This document shows positions 35,821 through 44,495 of a stretch of DNA of 64,000 nucleotides, piece after piece. Below the pieces are notes generated by a model. The model was not told the origin of the DNA and did not search any database. It saw nothing but the letters and a program-made list of their open reading frames with translations. Source of the stretch: Pseudomonadota bacterium (lineage in GTDB: Bacteria > Pseudomonadota > Gammaproteobacteria > Burkholderiales > JBEEJL01); contig JAYTVC010000049.1 of NCBI GenBank assembly GCA_043744215.1, positions 1,051 to 65,050 of the forward strand. Direction: 5' to 3'. The translations under genes and the position numbers were made by a program. How positions within the stretch are numbered: position 1 is the stretch's first letter; every line of letters begins with the position of its first letter.

Positions 35821-35898
35821 GTAGGATGGGCAAAGCGATAGCGTGCCCATCATGTACTTAAAAAAACGATGGGCACGCTATCGCTTTGCCCATCCTAC
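35821..35898. repeat. REP-like hairpin (family A) with perfect 31-bp arms
   Basis: gtaggatgggcaaagcgatagcgtgcccatc - 16-nt loop - gatgggcacgctatcgctttgcccatcctac. It lies between convergent genes and may also act as a terminator. Confidence 0.85.
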
Positions 35899-35913
35899 GA
35901 AAAGGAAGTTACA

Positions 35914-35940
35914 TAACTAATTGATTATATTGAATAATTT
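35914..35940 (+). repeat. 27-bp AT-rich intergenic motif copy
   Basis: taactaattgattatattgaataattt. The complement AATCAATTAGTTA matches WATCAANNNNTTR. Confidence 0.6.
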
Positions 35941-35945
35941 AGCAT

Positions 35946-37190
35946 TTACCCAAGCGAATATTTTTTCGCCGACGCCACATACCAAATCAATCCCAATACC
36001 TGCAACGCAAAGCAAATCGCAAACGCTGCGCGATAACCTTCGAGGGCATAAGCGTTCGCCGTTGCCGGCCACAAGTTAATTATGGCGCCCATGGCCCATT
36101 GCGTGATGAACGCAAACACGAAGACGAGCAAATTGATGGCCGTATTCACGCGCCCCGACAGCGACACATCGAATGCCGGTGTGAGAATGGAATACGACAG
36201 CGAACTGGCCGCGCCACAAAAGCCGACGACGCCCCACGCCAATAACGATTCGGGAAACCACTGGAACGCGATGCCGCTCCAGGCCAGCAAAATCAGCAAA
36301 GCATTAACGGAATACAATTTTGCCGGGGAGAAGCCGCGTTTCGCCAATGCCGTTGCCAGCGTACCCGACGTAAATTGTCCGGCAAACATGGCGCAGGCCA
36401 TCACGAAAAGATATTGGGCGATTTCTGCCCGCGACAAATGCGCCACGTCGCGCAAATAGGGTGCAGCCCACAATCCTTGTATCGACATGAATACAGCCTG
36501 TATAAAAATTGCCAACGGCGCGATACGCCAGAATTTTCCACTGGCGAAAATATTCATAGCGCCACGAATTTGCGCTTTCAACGTCACGCCACCATGGGCA
36601 ATATTTTTTTCCGGATAGACAAAAAATATCAGCGCCGCGACAAATAGCGTGGCGGCACCCAGCCCGATAAACAAACTGTGCCAATCGGTCACGCGCAGCA
36701 ACGCTTCCACGGGAACCGTGGACGTGAGCGCGCCGAGCCCACCCGATGCCAGCACAAAACCGTTCATGGCGGGCAGACGGTGCGGTGGAAACCATTGGGT
36801 AAATGCCTTGAATGCCGCCATCAAACACGCCGACACACCGAGGCCGATCAGCGCGCGACCGACGAGCAAGCCGGTCAAGCTATGGCTCAAACCGAAGATC
36901 AGCGCGCCAATCGCGGCGATAACCAGCAAGCCCGCTTCAACACGCCGTGGGCCATAACGATCAAGCAACACGCCGAGGGGAAATTGAAAACATGCGAACG
37001 CCAAAAAATACGCGCTGGTGAGCAAACCGAGGCTCGTCGCGTCCAGCCCCAAATCCGTTGTGAGGTTGGGCGAGATAACCGCGTTAATGGTGCGATATAA
37101 ATAAGAAAGAAAATAACCGCAGGCGAAAGGAATGAAAATGCGAGCGAGGAGGGTAGTGGTAATAGGTGGCGCAGCAGCGGTTTCAGGCAT
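35946..37190 (-). CDS. MFS transporter
   Basis: It has about 12 predicted hydrophobic helices and an MFS loop motif (GVLLDRYGPRR). Confidence 0.8.
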   Translation of the reverse strand: MPETAAAPPITTTLLARIFIPFACGYFLSYLYRTINAVISPNLTTDLGLDATSLGLLTSAYFLAFACFQFPLGVLLDRYGPRRVEAGLLVIAAIGALIFGLSHSLTGLLVGRALIGLGVSACLMAAFKAFTQWFPPHRLPAMNGFVLASGGLGALTSTVPVEALLRVTDWHSLFIGLGAATLFVAALIFFVYPEKNIAHGGVTLKAQIRGAMNIFASGKFWRIAPLAIFIQAVFMSIQGLWAAPYLRDVAHLSRAEIAQYLFVMACAMFAGQFTSGTLATALAKRGFSPAKLYSVNALLILLAWSGIAFQWFPESLLAWGVVGFCGAASSLSYSILTPAFDVSLSGRVNTAINLLVFVFAFITQWAMGAIINLWPATANAYALEGYRAAFAICFALQVLGLIWYVASAKKYSLG

Positions 37191-37352
37191 TGGGCGGGGG
37201 TATCCCGAATTTTCTGTATTTGGATTTTGCAGGGCGAGGTTAAAGCGATCTTCGAATGAGTCACCAACTGAGTCGTGGCTTGTTTCCTATTCTGCATCGG
37301 CATTGTCCGCCGTTGAGTGATATTGCGCAAACCTGGATAAATCAACGCGTAG

Positions 37353-37425
37353 GTCGGGAATCCTTTCCCGACAAATGGTTCTGTGATCGCTGAGGCTAAT
37401 GTCGACAAGGGATTGCCGACCTACA
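37353..37425. repeat. 73-bp double-hairpin REP unit (left direct-repeat copy)
   Basis: gtcgggaatcctttcccgac...gtcgacaagggattgccgacctaca. It is about 89% identical (8 mismatches by my count) to 38423-38495 in the same orientation. Confidence 0.8.
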
Positions 37426-37509
37426 GAGGCTTCAAAACCCCAAATGAGTTATTCTTCGCTTAACCTTTGTTGCACTTTGAAATTGAATCCGCCACTGGTG
37501 CCCTTCGTT

Positions 37510-38196
37510 TTAGTCTCCACCTTCAGTATAATAATCATACAGTTTTCGCCATTTAACTCCATCACAATAAAAAGCAAAGGTATTGCTGCCCCCATACAAG
37601 AAAAAAGAATCGTGATCAAGACGGGGCATAAGTCTTTCTGAGCGCACCCAATACTTGGTACCCTGAAGCTCTTGATCCTTCGCCTCCTCGTCACTGGGTT
37701 TTTTTCGTAATTGTGCCAATGACTTTCGCGTTTCCGATGGCCCCTTAACTTTAAGAAGCGACCCGTAGTGATCGTCCGTGGAGTCCCGCTCTTTCCAAAA
37801 GCTTGAAATTTCGTTGAAATTAATTACGCTGGCACACTTCTTGGATCCACCCCAAACAATATGGAAGTATTCTTTTTTGGTTGATACCGACATACAAAGT
37901 ACCTGCAAATCTTTTTGCCCTCGTACCGCAAACTCACCACGAGCGAGTACAAGGTAGTCTTTTTCATCGGGCTTACCAGAGACGATCTTCCTGTAGTCAG
38001 GGTCATTCTGATCCCTATAGGACGTCACCAAGCATCCAGAACCGTCCAATTGAAAAATTTCTTCATTTGTTAACTGAGCAACTTTTACGGGATTCCAATA
38101 AAATTTTTCGGCTCCAGGCGTCTTTGCTAACGAGGGTGAGCTGATAAAAAAAGCTGATAAAGTCCCTAAGATAATACGCTTTGTAAAAACAGTCAT
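37510..38196 (-). CDS. Orphan exported protein carried by the IR-bounded cassette
   Basis: A 228-aa ORF with a strong RBS (aaggaag, 8 nt upstream of the ATG) and a signal peptide (SPSLA|KT). I recognise no family. Confidence 0.6.
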   Translation of the reverse strand: MTVFTKRIILGTLSAFFISSPSLAKTPGAEKFYWNPVKVAQLTNEEIFQLDGSGCLVTSYRDQNDPDYRKIVSGKPDEKDYLVLARGEFAVRGQKDLQVLCMSVSTKKEYFHIVWGGSKKCASVINFNEISSFWKERDSTDDHYGSLLKVKGPSETRKSLAQLRKKPSDEEAKDQELQGTKYWVRSERLMPRLDHDSFFLYGGSNTFAFYCDGVKWRKLYDYYTEGGD

Positions 38197-38317
38197 ATCG
38201 GTTACTTCCTTCTTGTTATTAACTCAGTATATCCGCCCAGATATTCTGCGCCCAAGTCTAGCAGGATGCGCCCTCTACTTCGCTGCACTCTGCTGATATG
38301 CCGCCGCTGCCATCAAC

Positions 38318-38327
38318 GGGGGGGGGG
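38318..38327. repeat. G10 homopolymeric tract
   Basis: There are ten consecutive G (C10 on the coding strand of the cassette ORF). The tract abuts IR-R, about 125 bp upstream of the ORF start. Confidence 0.9.
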
Positions 38328-38422
38328 ATTCAATTTCAAAGTGCAACAAAGGTTAAACGAAGAATAACTCATTTGGGATTTTGAAGCTTAGCGTTTTCCG
38401 TGACCGTTGATTCAGTGCATTT

Positions 38423-38495
38423 GTCGGGAATCCTTTCCCGACAAATAATTCGGTGATCAATGAGGCTGACGTCGGCAAGGGATTGCCGACCTACA
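38423..38495. repeat. 73-bp double-hairpin REP unit (right direct-repeat copy)
   Basis: See 37353-37425. A third copy of the gtcggcaa(a/g)ggattgccgacctaca hairpin lies at about 45685-45708. Confidence 0.8.
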
Positions 38496-38538
38496 ACGGC
38501 TGAACTGTAGTGCGCAAACACGCCGCCACGCAACAGGT

Positions 38539-38961
38539 CTATAGTTTTTCCAGCTTGTTGATTGCATCGCGCAAAACATCCGGCACGCGGGCGGGCTTGC
38601 GCGTAACAGGATCCGCGTTCACATAAATCAACTCACCATTTACCAGCAAAGTTTCGCCGCGATAAATTTCCAGTAGAAACTGCATGCTCGAATTGCCGAT
38701 GCGGGCGACACGCAGGGCGATATCGACTACGTCGTCAAATTCTGCAGAAGCGTGGTACTCGATGGCAGCTTTTTTTACATACAAATCGCTTCCTTGCGAT
38801 GTGAGTCCTTCGGGATACGGAAAGCCTAACGCGCGCCAATATTCGGTGACGCCGATATCGAAGTAAGCAAGATAATGTCCGTTGAACACGATGCCTTGTT
38901 TATCGACTTCGGCCCAGCGGATACGTAATGGCGTAGAAAAATGGAAATCAGTGCGAGACAT
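38539..38961 (-). CDS. Acyl-CoA thioesterase (4HBT/YbgC-like hot-dog)
   Basis: RIRWAEVDKQGIVFNGHYLAYFD is the typical YbgC/4HBT N-terminal catalytic region. The protein is 140 aa. Confidence 0.8.
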   Translation of the reverse strand: MSRTDFHFSTPLRIRWAEVDKQGIVFNGHYLAYFDIGVTEYWRALGFPYPEGLTSQGSDLYVKKAAIEYHASAEFDDVVDIALRVARIGNSSMQFLLEIYRGETLLVNGELIYVNADPVTRKPARVPDVLRDAINKLEKL

Positions 38962-38987
38962 AAAAATTAAATAAAATCAATAAGTTA
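38961..38987 (-). repeat. 27-bp AT-rich intergenic motif copy
   Basis: The reverse strand reads taacttattgattttatttaattttta. It lies immediately upstream of the thioesterase start. Confidence 0.5.
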
Positions 38988-39024
38988 AAATAAATTTGAT
39001 TATTGTTAATCGTCTATTTATGCA

Positions 39025-39147
39025 CCGTCATTCCCGCGCAGGCGGGAATCCAGCAAAATAAAAAATTTTCACATTTTGTTATTGATGTGAAATTTGTACC
39101 AATGCTTATTCAAAAACACTGGATTCCCGCCTGCGCGGGAATGACGG
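39025..39147. repeat. MITE/REP-like element (family C) with ATTCCCGCG-N-CGGGAAT hairpin arms
   Basis: The arms are ccgtcattcccgcgcaggcgggaatccag and ctggattcccgcctgcgcgggaatgacgg, inverted around a 65-bp AT-rich spacer. A second, diverged copy lies at 57466-57596. Confidence 0.8.
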
Positions 39148-39179
39148 TGAGTAAAACTTCGTATTTTGCTAATGAAGCA

Positions 39180-39935
39180 TTACGCAATCGTCACGCCCCC
39201 ATCAGCCACAATCATTTGCCCAGTAATATACGCGCCCGCTTTGCTGGCGAGGAATACTGCGATGCCGCCAATGTCTTCCGGCTCGCCGATTCTGCGTAGC
39301 GGCGTTTTCATTTCGGTGGCTTTGCGCATTTTTTCGTCTTCCCACAACGCGCGGGCGAAATCGGTTTTCACTAAACCCGGCGCGATGCAGTTGACGCGGA
39401 TATTCTGCGGCCCCCATTCAACGGCGAGGTTGCGCGCGAGTCCGGCGTCGGCGGCTTTCGAGATGCCATACACGCCGATGACGGCGTTGCCGTGTAGCGC
39501 GGCGATGCTGGAGACGATGATGATGCTGCCATCTTTGCGCGCGGCCATTTGCGGCGCCACCATGTTGATCAACCAGAAGTTGCTGCGCAAATTGGTGCCC
39601 ATGACTTTATCGAACGCTTCGTCGCTGACGGACGACATCGGGCCATAGACAGGATTGATCGCGGCGTTGCACACCAGTGAATCGATGCGACCCCATTTTT
39701 CCATGGTGATATCGACCAGTTTTTGCAATTCTTCTTTGTAGGAAATATTGCACGGAATGGAGATCGCTTCGTGGCCTTCGTCGTTGATTTGTTTCGCCAC
39801 TTCGTCGCATATATCTTTTTTGCGGCTGGAGATGACGACTTTGGCGCCTGCGCGCGCCATTTCTTCGGCGATAGATTTGCCGATGCCGCGTGTGGAGCCG
39901 GTGATGAGGGCTACTTTGCCAGTGAGATCAAACAT
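39180..39935 (-). CDS. SDR (FabG-like 3-oxoacyl reductase family)
   Basis: It has TGSTRGIG, NAA and YGISK (YxxxK). Confidence 0.85.
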   Translation of the reverse strand: MFDLTGKVALITGSTRGIGKSIAEEMARAGAKVVISSRKKDICDEVAKQINDEGHEAISIPCNISYKEELQKLVDITMEKWGRIDSLVCNAAINPVYGPMSSVSDEAFDKVMGTNLRSNFWLINMVAPQMAARKDGSIIIVSSIAALHGNAVIGVYGISKAADAGLARNLAVEWGPQNIRVNCIAPGLVKTDFARALWEDEKMRKATEMKTPLRRIGEPEDIGGIAVFLASKAGAYITGQMIVADGGVTIA

Positions 39936-40030
39936 GCACTTTCCTTTTGCGGGAATGAATTTTGAATGGGGATATTGTCACATAGCTGACGTGATGTGAC
40001 CTACAAAAACTTGCGGGGTAATTTTTTGTT

Positions 40031-40061
40031 GATGGGCACGCTGTCGCTTTGCCCATCCTAC
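40031..40061. repeat. REP family A half-element
   Basis: gatgggcacgctgtcgctttgcccatcctac is a single arm of the 35821-35898 hairpin family. Confidence 0.75.
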
Positions 40062-40074
40062 AGCTTGATTAAAA

Positions 40075-41532
40075 CTAATATCCCTCCGGCACCTGAAACC
40101 CGCCAGTCACTTCAGCCATCAGCCGCGCAAATTCTATTGTCGTATAGTCTTCCAGATAGGGCCCAATAATCTGGATGCCGACGGGCAAGCCGTTTGATGC
40201 TAATCCCGTCGGCGCAACGGTGGCGGGTAAATGTGCCAGTGTGGCGAGGCTGATCCACGCGAGTTGCTCCCAGTAGGATCGTTTTTCGCCATTGACCAGA
40301 ATGGTGCGCGCATCCATGTCTTCGCTATGATCGTGGGGAAAGGCGCAGACGGGATTGACGGGGCACAGCATCACATCGTATTCGCGGAAAAACAATTCCC
40401 ATTTGGCGCGAAAATGTTCGCGTTTTTCGTTGGCGCGCAACCAGTCGCGGTGACGCTGGGTGGCGTTACGCAGCATGCGCGCGTGAGGGCTGTCGTCGTC
40501 GGCACGCTGGACATGGGCGTCTTGAATCCACTGCTGAAAAAAACCGTCCGGTAAACCGGCGGCCATGATCGGTTGTCCCAATCGGTCATAGGTGCGGGAG
40601 GCATCCGTCAGAGAAAACCCCGGCCGTGCGCTTTCGTCTACTTGCACGCCCGCCTTGCGCAATGCGTCGATGGTCTTTTCCAATTGTTTTTTTACCATCG
40701 CATCAATGGGAAAATCTTTGTCGTCGAGCCATACGCCCACATTGAATTTTTTGATGTCAGTGTGGCGCGGCGGCGGCAATTGCAATTTCCACGCGATGGC
40801 TTTGTCTTCCAGCGGGCCGGCGGTGATATGGAGTGCCAGCGCCAGGTCTTCAGCACTTCGCGCCAACGGGCCGACGACTGCGAGATCAGTTTGGCCCAGC
40901 GTGCCGGGCGGGCCGGGAATGTGGCCGCGACCGGGAATAATTCCCCAAGTGGGCTTGTGGCCATACACGCCGCAAAAATGCGCCGGTGTTCTGATGGAGC
41001 CGCCAATGTCGCTGCCGAACTCCAACGCAGTGAGTCCGGCTGCGACGGCTGCGGCGGAGCCGCCCGACGATCCGCCTGGCGTGCGAGAAAGATCCCACGG
41101 ATTATTTGTCACGCCAAAAATAGTGTTGTAGCTTTGCAAGTCGGAAGCGTAGGCCGGCACATTGGTTTTGCCCATGATGACTGCACCGGCATTCATTAAC
41201 CGTTGAATGGCAACGGCCGTATTTTTCGGAACGTGATGTGCATATTCTTTTGCGCCCGCAGTTGTGCGCAAGCCGGATAATTCAAACGTGTCTTTAATTG
41301 TCATCGGCACACCGTGCAGCGGGCCGTCGGCTTTGCCGTTTGCCAGCGCCGCATCGGCGGCATGGGCAATCGCGCGCGCGCCGTCGGGTTCCAAGCTCAC
41401 GGCGGCATTCAACGCGGGATTCCATTTTGCGATGCGCGCGAGATAATGTTCAAGCAATTCGCGGCTGCTAATTTTTTTTTCGCGAATCATGCGCGCGAGT
41501 TCGGCAGCAGAATTGAATGCAATATCAGTCAT
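40075..41532 (-). CDS. Amidase (amidase-signature family)
   Basis: It has the AS motif GGSSGGSAAAVAAGL and conserved Ser/Lys context. Confidence 0.85.
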   Translation of the reverse strand: MTDIAFNSAAELARMIREKKISSRELLEHYLARIAKWNPALNAAVSLEPDGARAIAHAADAALANGKADGPLHGVPMTIKDTFELSGLRTTAGAKEYAHHVPKNTAVAIQRLMNAGAVIMGKTNVPAYASDLQSYNTIFGVTNNPWDLSRTPGGSSGGSAAAVAAGLTALEFGSDIGGSIRTPAHFCGVYGHKPTWGIIPGRGHIPGPPGTLGQTDLAVVGPLARSAEDLALALHITAGPLEDKAIAWKLQLPPPRHTDIKKFNVGVWLDDKDFPIDAMVKKQLEKTIDALRKAGVQVDESARPGFSLTDASRTYDRLGQPIMAAGLPDGFFQQWIQDAHVQRADDDSPHARMLRNATQRHRDWLRANEKREHFRAKWELFFREYDVMLCPVNPVCAFPHDHSEDMDARTILVNGEKRSYWEQLAWISLATLAHLPATVAPTGLASNGLPVGIQIIGPYLEDYTTIEFARLMAEVTGGFQVPEGY

Positions 41533-41554
41533 GGCTTGTGTCTCGATTTATTGA

Positions 41555-41581
41555 AAATAATTGTTTATAATCATATAGTTA
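41555..41581 (-). repeat. 27-bp AT-rich intergenic motif copy
   Basis: The reverse strand reads taactatatgattataaacaattattt. It lies in the 52-bp gap between the SDR stop and the amidase start. Confidence 0.55.
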
Positions 41582-41584
41582 CAT

Positions 41585-42376
41585 TCAATTCTTTTTTGGC
41601 TGCAACGGTGCTGCGCCCAGATGCATTCCGCCATCCACTAAAATGGTTTCGCCCGTCACTTGCCCTGCGCCTTCCAATAACCATATCGCCACTTTCGCCA
41701 CGTCATCAGGCGTCGCGGTGCTGTGTAACGGTGTCGAATTGATATATTGCTGGCGAAATTTTTCATACTTCTCATCGCCCAAACCTTCGCGCAACCAGCG
41801 GCCTTCGATGAAGCCGGGGCAGACGGCATTGACGCGAATCTCCGGTCCGAGCGCGCGTGCGAGAGATTTGGTCATCGTATTCAATGCGCCTTTGGATGCG
41901 GAATACGCAACCGACGAACCGTTGCCCATCAAGCCTGCAATCGACGACATATTGACCACTGAGCCGTGTCCTTGCTTGCGCATCGCGTCGGCACAGGCGC
42001 GCACCATTTGAAATGCGCCGATCACGTTGACCGAATAAATGTCGATAAAGTCCTGCGCATCAAGGCCGTCGAGATTGGCATGATCGGTAAATTTGGTTTT
42101 GCCCGCGTTGTTGATCAGGCCGTCAATGCGCCCCCATTTATCCAGCGCCGCTTGCGCGAGTTTGCGGCAATCGGCATCGACAGCGACATTGCCTTGCACG
42201 ATGAGGGCATCGCCACCCGCCGCTTTCACATCGGTTGCAACTTGTCTGGCTTCATTTTCGCTTTTGCTGTAATTGATGATCACGCGCGCACCTTTTTTTG
42301 TCAGCAACATTGCGCAGGCTGCGCCCACGCCGCTTGAAGAACCGGTGACGATGACGACGGCGTTTTTGAGTTCCAT
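41585..42376 (-). CDS. SDR
   Basis: It has TGSSSGVG, NNAG and YSASK. Confidence 0.85.
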   Translation of the reverse strand: MELKNAVVIVTGSSSGVGAACAMLLTKKGARVIINYSKSENEARQVATDVKAAGGDALIVQGNVAVDADCRKLAQAALDKWGRIDGLINNAGKTKFTDHANLDGLDAQDFIDIYSVNVIGAFQMVRACADAMRKQGHGSVVNMSSIAGLMGNGSSVAYSASKGALNTMTKSLARALGPEIRVNAVCPGFIEGRWLREGLGDEKYEKFRQQYINSTPLHSTATPDDVAKVAIWLLEGAGQVTGETILVDGGMHLGAAPLQPKKN

Positions 42377-42548
42377 GATTTCCTTTAAATTTATTCCGCA
42401 GCGCGGTAGCTTTCATCAGAAGAGAAATGAATGTAAAGGTTTTGTTTAGTCTGCGCAAATAACTTTATTTACGCGGCAATGGCGTGAAGCTATACTGAAT
42501 TCATCCAAAAACGAACGACAAGATTCGCCAATACAGAGAAGAGAAAAC

Positions 42549-44216
42549 ATGAATAAAACATTTCGCCATTTCGATTTCTGGCCAGCGGACGTTCCGCGCC
42601 AACTCGCCATTCCGCGCACCACGATTTATTACAACCTGGACGTATCCGCCAACCGTTATCCTGAACGCGATGCGATCTCGTATTACGGCGCGCGCATGAC
42701 TTACCGCGAATTGAAAAATCAGGCCGACACGATGGCGGGATTTTTGCAGCAGCATTGCGGCGTAAAAAAAGGCGACCGCGTGTTGCTCGACATGCAAAAC
42801 AGCCCGCAATTTGTTATCGCCTATTACGCCATTCTGCGCGCCGATGCTGTCGTGGTGCCGGTGAACCCGATGAACCTCACGGAAGAATTAAAACATTACG
42901 TCAGCGATTCTGGCGCGACGGTGGCAATTTGCGGGCAGGAGCTATTTCCCCGTGTCGGGCCGTTGCTCGGCCAAGGGCTGAACAAAATCATTGTCGCTAA
43001 TTACGGCGAATATGTGGCCGATCAAACCGATGCGACGGTGCCCGATTTTATCCGCATGGCAACGCAGGATCCGAAAATTCCCGGCGTGACTTTGTGGCGC
43101 GATGCGTTGGCAGCGAAGTGCGTTCCCGCGCCTGCGCTCGCGCAATCGGACGATTTATGTGCCATGCCCTATACCTCGGGCACCACCGGTAAACCGAAAG
43201 GCTGCATGCATACGCATTACACGTTGATGGCAACGGCATCACTGTATCCAGTGTGGACCCATTCGACACCTGAGGGGGCCGTGCTCGCCGTCGTACCGTT
43301 TTTTCACATCACTGGCATGCAGGTGTTAATGAACGCAGTGATTTACGGCGGCGCAAAAATGGTGATCATGACGCGCTGGGATCGTGAGCTTGCCGCGCAC
43401 CTGATCGAAAAAGAAAAAGTGACAAGCTGGACGAATATTCCGACTATGGTGATCGACTTACTCGGCAGCCCCAATGTGAGCCATTTCAATTTTAAAAGTT
43501 TGACACATATCGGCGGCGGCGGAGCGGCCATGCCCGAAGCGGTGGCGAAGAGATTGTTCGAATTGACCGGCCTGCAATACGTCGAAGGTTACGGCCTCAC
43601 CGAAACCGCCGCGCCGACCCACAGCAATCCACATGGTCGCCCCAAGCGGCAATGTCTCGGCATTCCCATTCTCAACACCGACGCGCGCGTGGTGAACCCT
43701 GATACGCTGCAGGAAGTCGCGCAAGGCGAGGTGGGCGAAATTATTTCGCACGGCCCGCAGGTGTTCAAAGGCTATTGGAATAATCCGGATGCGACGAAGA
43801 GTTCATTCATTCAACATGACGGAAAATCTTTTTTTCGCACCGGCGATCTGGGCCGCATCGATGAAGACGGCTACTACTTCATCGTCGATCGCTTGAAGCG
43901 CATGATCAATGCATCGGGCTACAAAGTATGGCCGGCGGAAGTCGAATCGATGATGTACGCCCATCCCGATATTCAAGAAGCGTGCATCATTGCCGCGCAA
44001 GATTCCCATCGCGGCGAAACGGTGAAGGCCGTCGTCGTATTAAAAACTGCGAGCCAAGGTAAAGTGAAAGAGCAGGACATCATCGACTGGTGCAAAGAAA
44101 AAATGGCCGCCTACAAATATCCGCGCATCGTCGAGTTTGCCGACGTGTTGCCAAAAACCGCAACGGGGAAAGTGCAGTGGCGTTTGTTGCAGGAGAAAGA
44201 ACGGGAGAAAGCCTGA
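42549..44216 (+). CDS. Long-chain acyl-CoA synthetase (AMP-binding/ANL family)
   Basis: It has YTSGTTGKPKG, GYGLTE, TGDLGRIDEDGYYFIVDRLK and a C-terminal K in PKTATGKV. Confidence 0.85.
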   Translation: MNKTFRHFDFWPADVPRQLAIPRTTIYYNLDVSANRYPERDAISYYGARMTYRELKNQADTMAGFLQQHCGVKKGDRVLLDMQNSPQFVIAYYAILRADAVVVPVNPMNLTEELKHYVSDSGATVAICGQELFPRVGPLLGQGLNKIIVANYGEYVADQTDATVPDFIRMATQDPKIPGVTLWRDALAAKCVPAPALAQSDDLCAMPYTSGTTGKPKGCMHTHYTLMATASLYPVWTHSTPEGAVLAVVPFFHITGMQVLMNAVIYGGAKMVIMTRWDRELAAHLIEKEKVTSWTNIPTMVIDLLGSPNVSHFNFKSLTHIGGGGAAMPEAVAKRLFELTGLQYVEGYGLTETAAPTHSNPHGRPKRQCLGIPILNTDARVVNPDTLQEVAQGEVGEIISHGPQVFKGYWNNPDATKSSFIQHDGKSFFRTGDLGRIDEDGYYFIVDRLKRMINASGYKVWPAEVESMMYAHPDIQEACIIAAQDSHRGETVKAVVVLKTASQGKVKEQDIIDWCKEKMAAYKYPRIVEFADVLPKTATGKVQWRLLQEKEREKA

Positions 44217-44234
44217 TTTACATAATCAGGAAAC

Positions 44235-44277
44235 GTAGGTCAGGTTGCGGCGCGGCTTTTGCGCCGTTACCTGACAG
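44235..44277. repeat. REP family D hairpin
   Basis: gtaggtcaggttgcggcgcggcttttgcgccgttacctgacag. A near-identical direct copy lies at 45580-45623. Confidence 0.8.
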
Positions 44278-44495
44278 CTTTTTGTATGAATGTCGGATCG
44301 TGTTGTGTAGGCTACAAAACTCCGCGATTCCCGCGTTGGCGGGAACCCGGCGGCGCAAGCATGTCGATGAATGGCCCAGTTGCATGATAATGATTGGCTG
44401 TTGAATTCCCGCTTCCGCTCCCCATATATTTTTTGCAATGAGTGGTGCGGGTGAGACGTCCGCGCCTGACTAAATAAATTCAAGAGGCCATAACA

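Larger units (their letters stand above)
37429..38387. mobile_element. Cassette of about 960 bp bounded by 62-bp near-perfect inverted repeats (no transposase)
   Basis: IR-L 37429-37490 and IR-R 38326-38387 are reverse complements with 2 mismatches in 62 bp. The interior holds one ORF and its upstream region and looks AT-richer than the flanks. Confidence 0.6.

Noticed and set aside
37429-38387. The IR-bounded cassette as an ordinary insertion sequence.
   Set aside because: The only ORF has a signal peptide and no DDE, HUH, serine or tyrosine recombinase motifs. No transposase or integrase is recognisable anywhere in the 64 kb, so I report it as an unusual non-autonomous or invertible structure instead.
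39003-39648. ORFs 39003-39299 and 39166-39648 on the plus strand.
   Set aside because: The first is a translation of the family C repeat (VIPAQAGIQ... pseudo-peptide). The second is antisense to a clear SDR gene.
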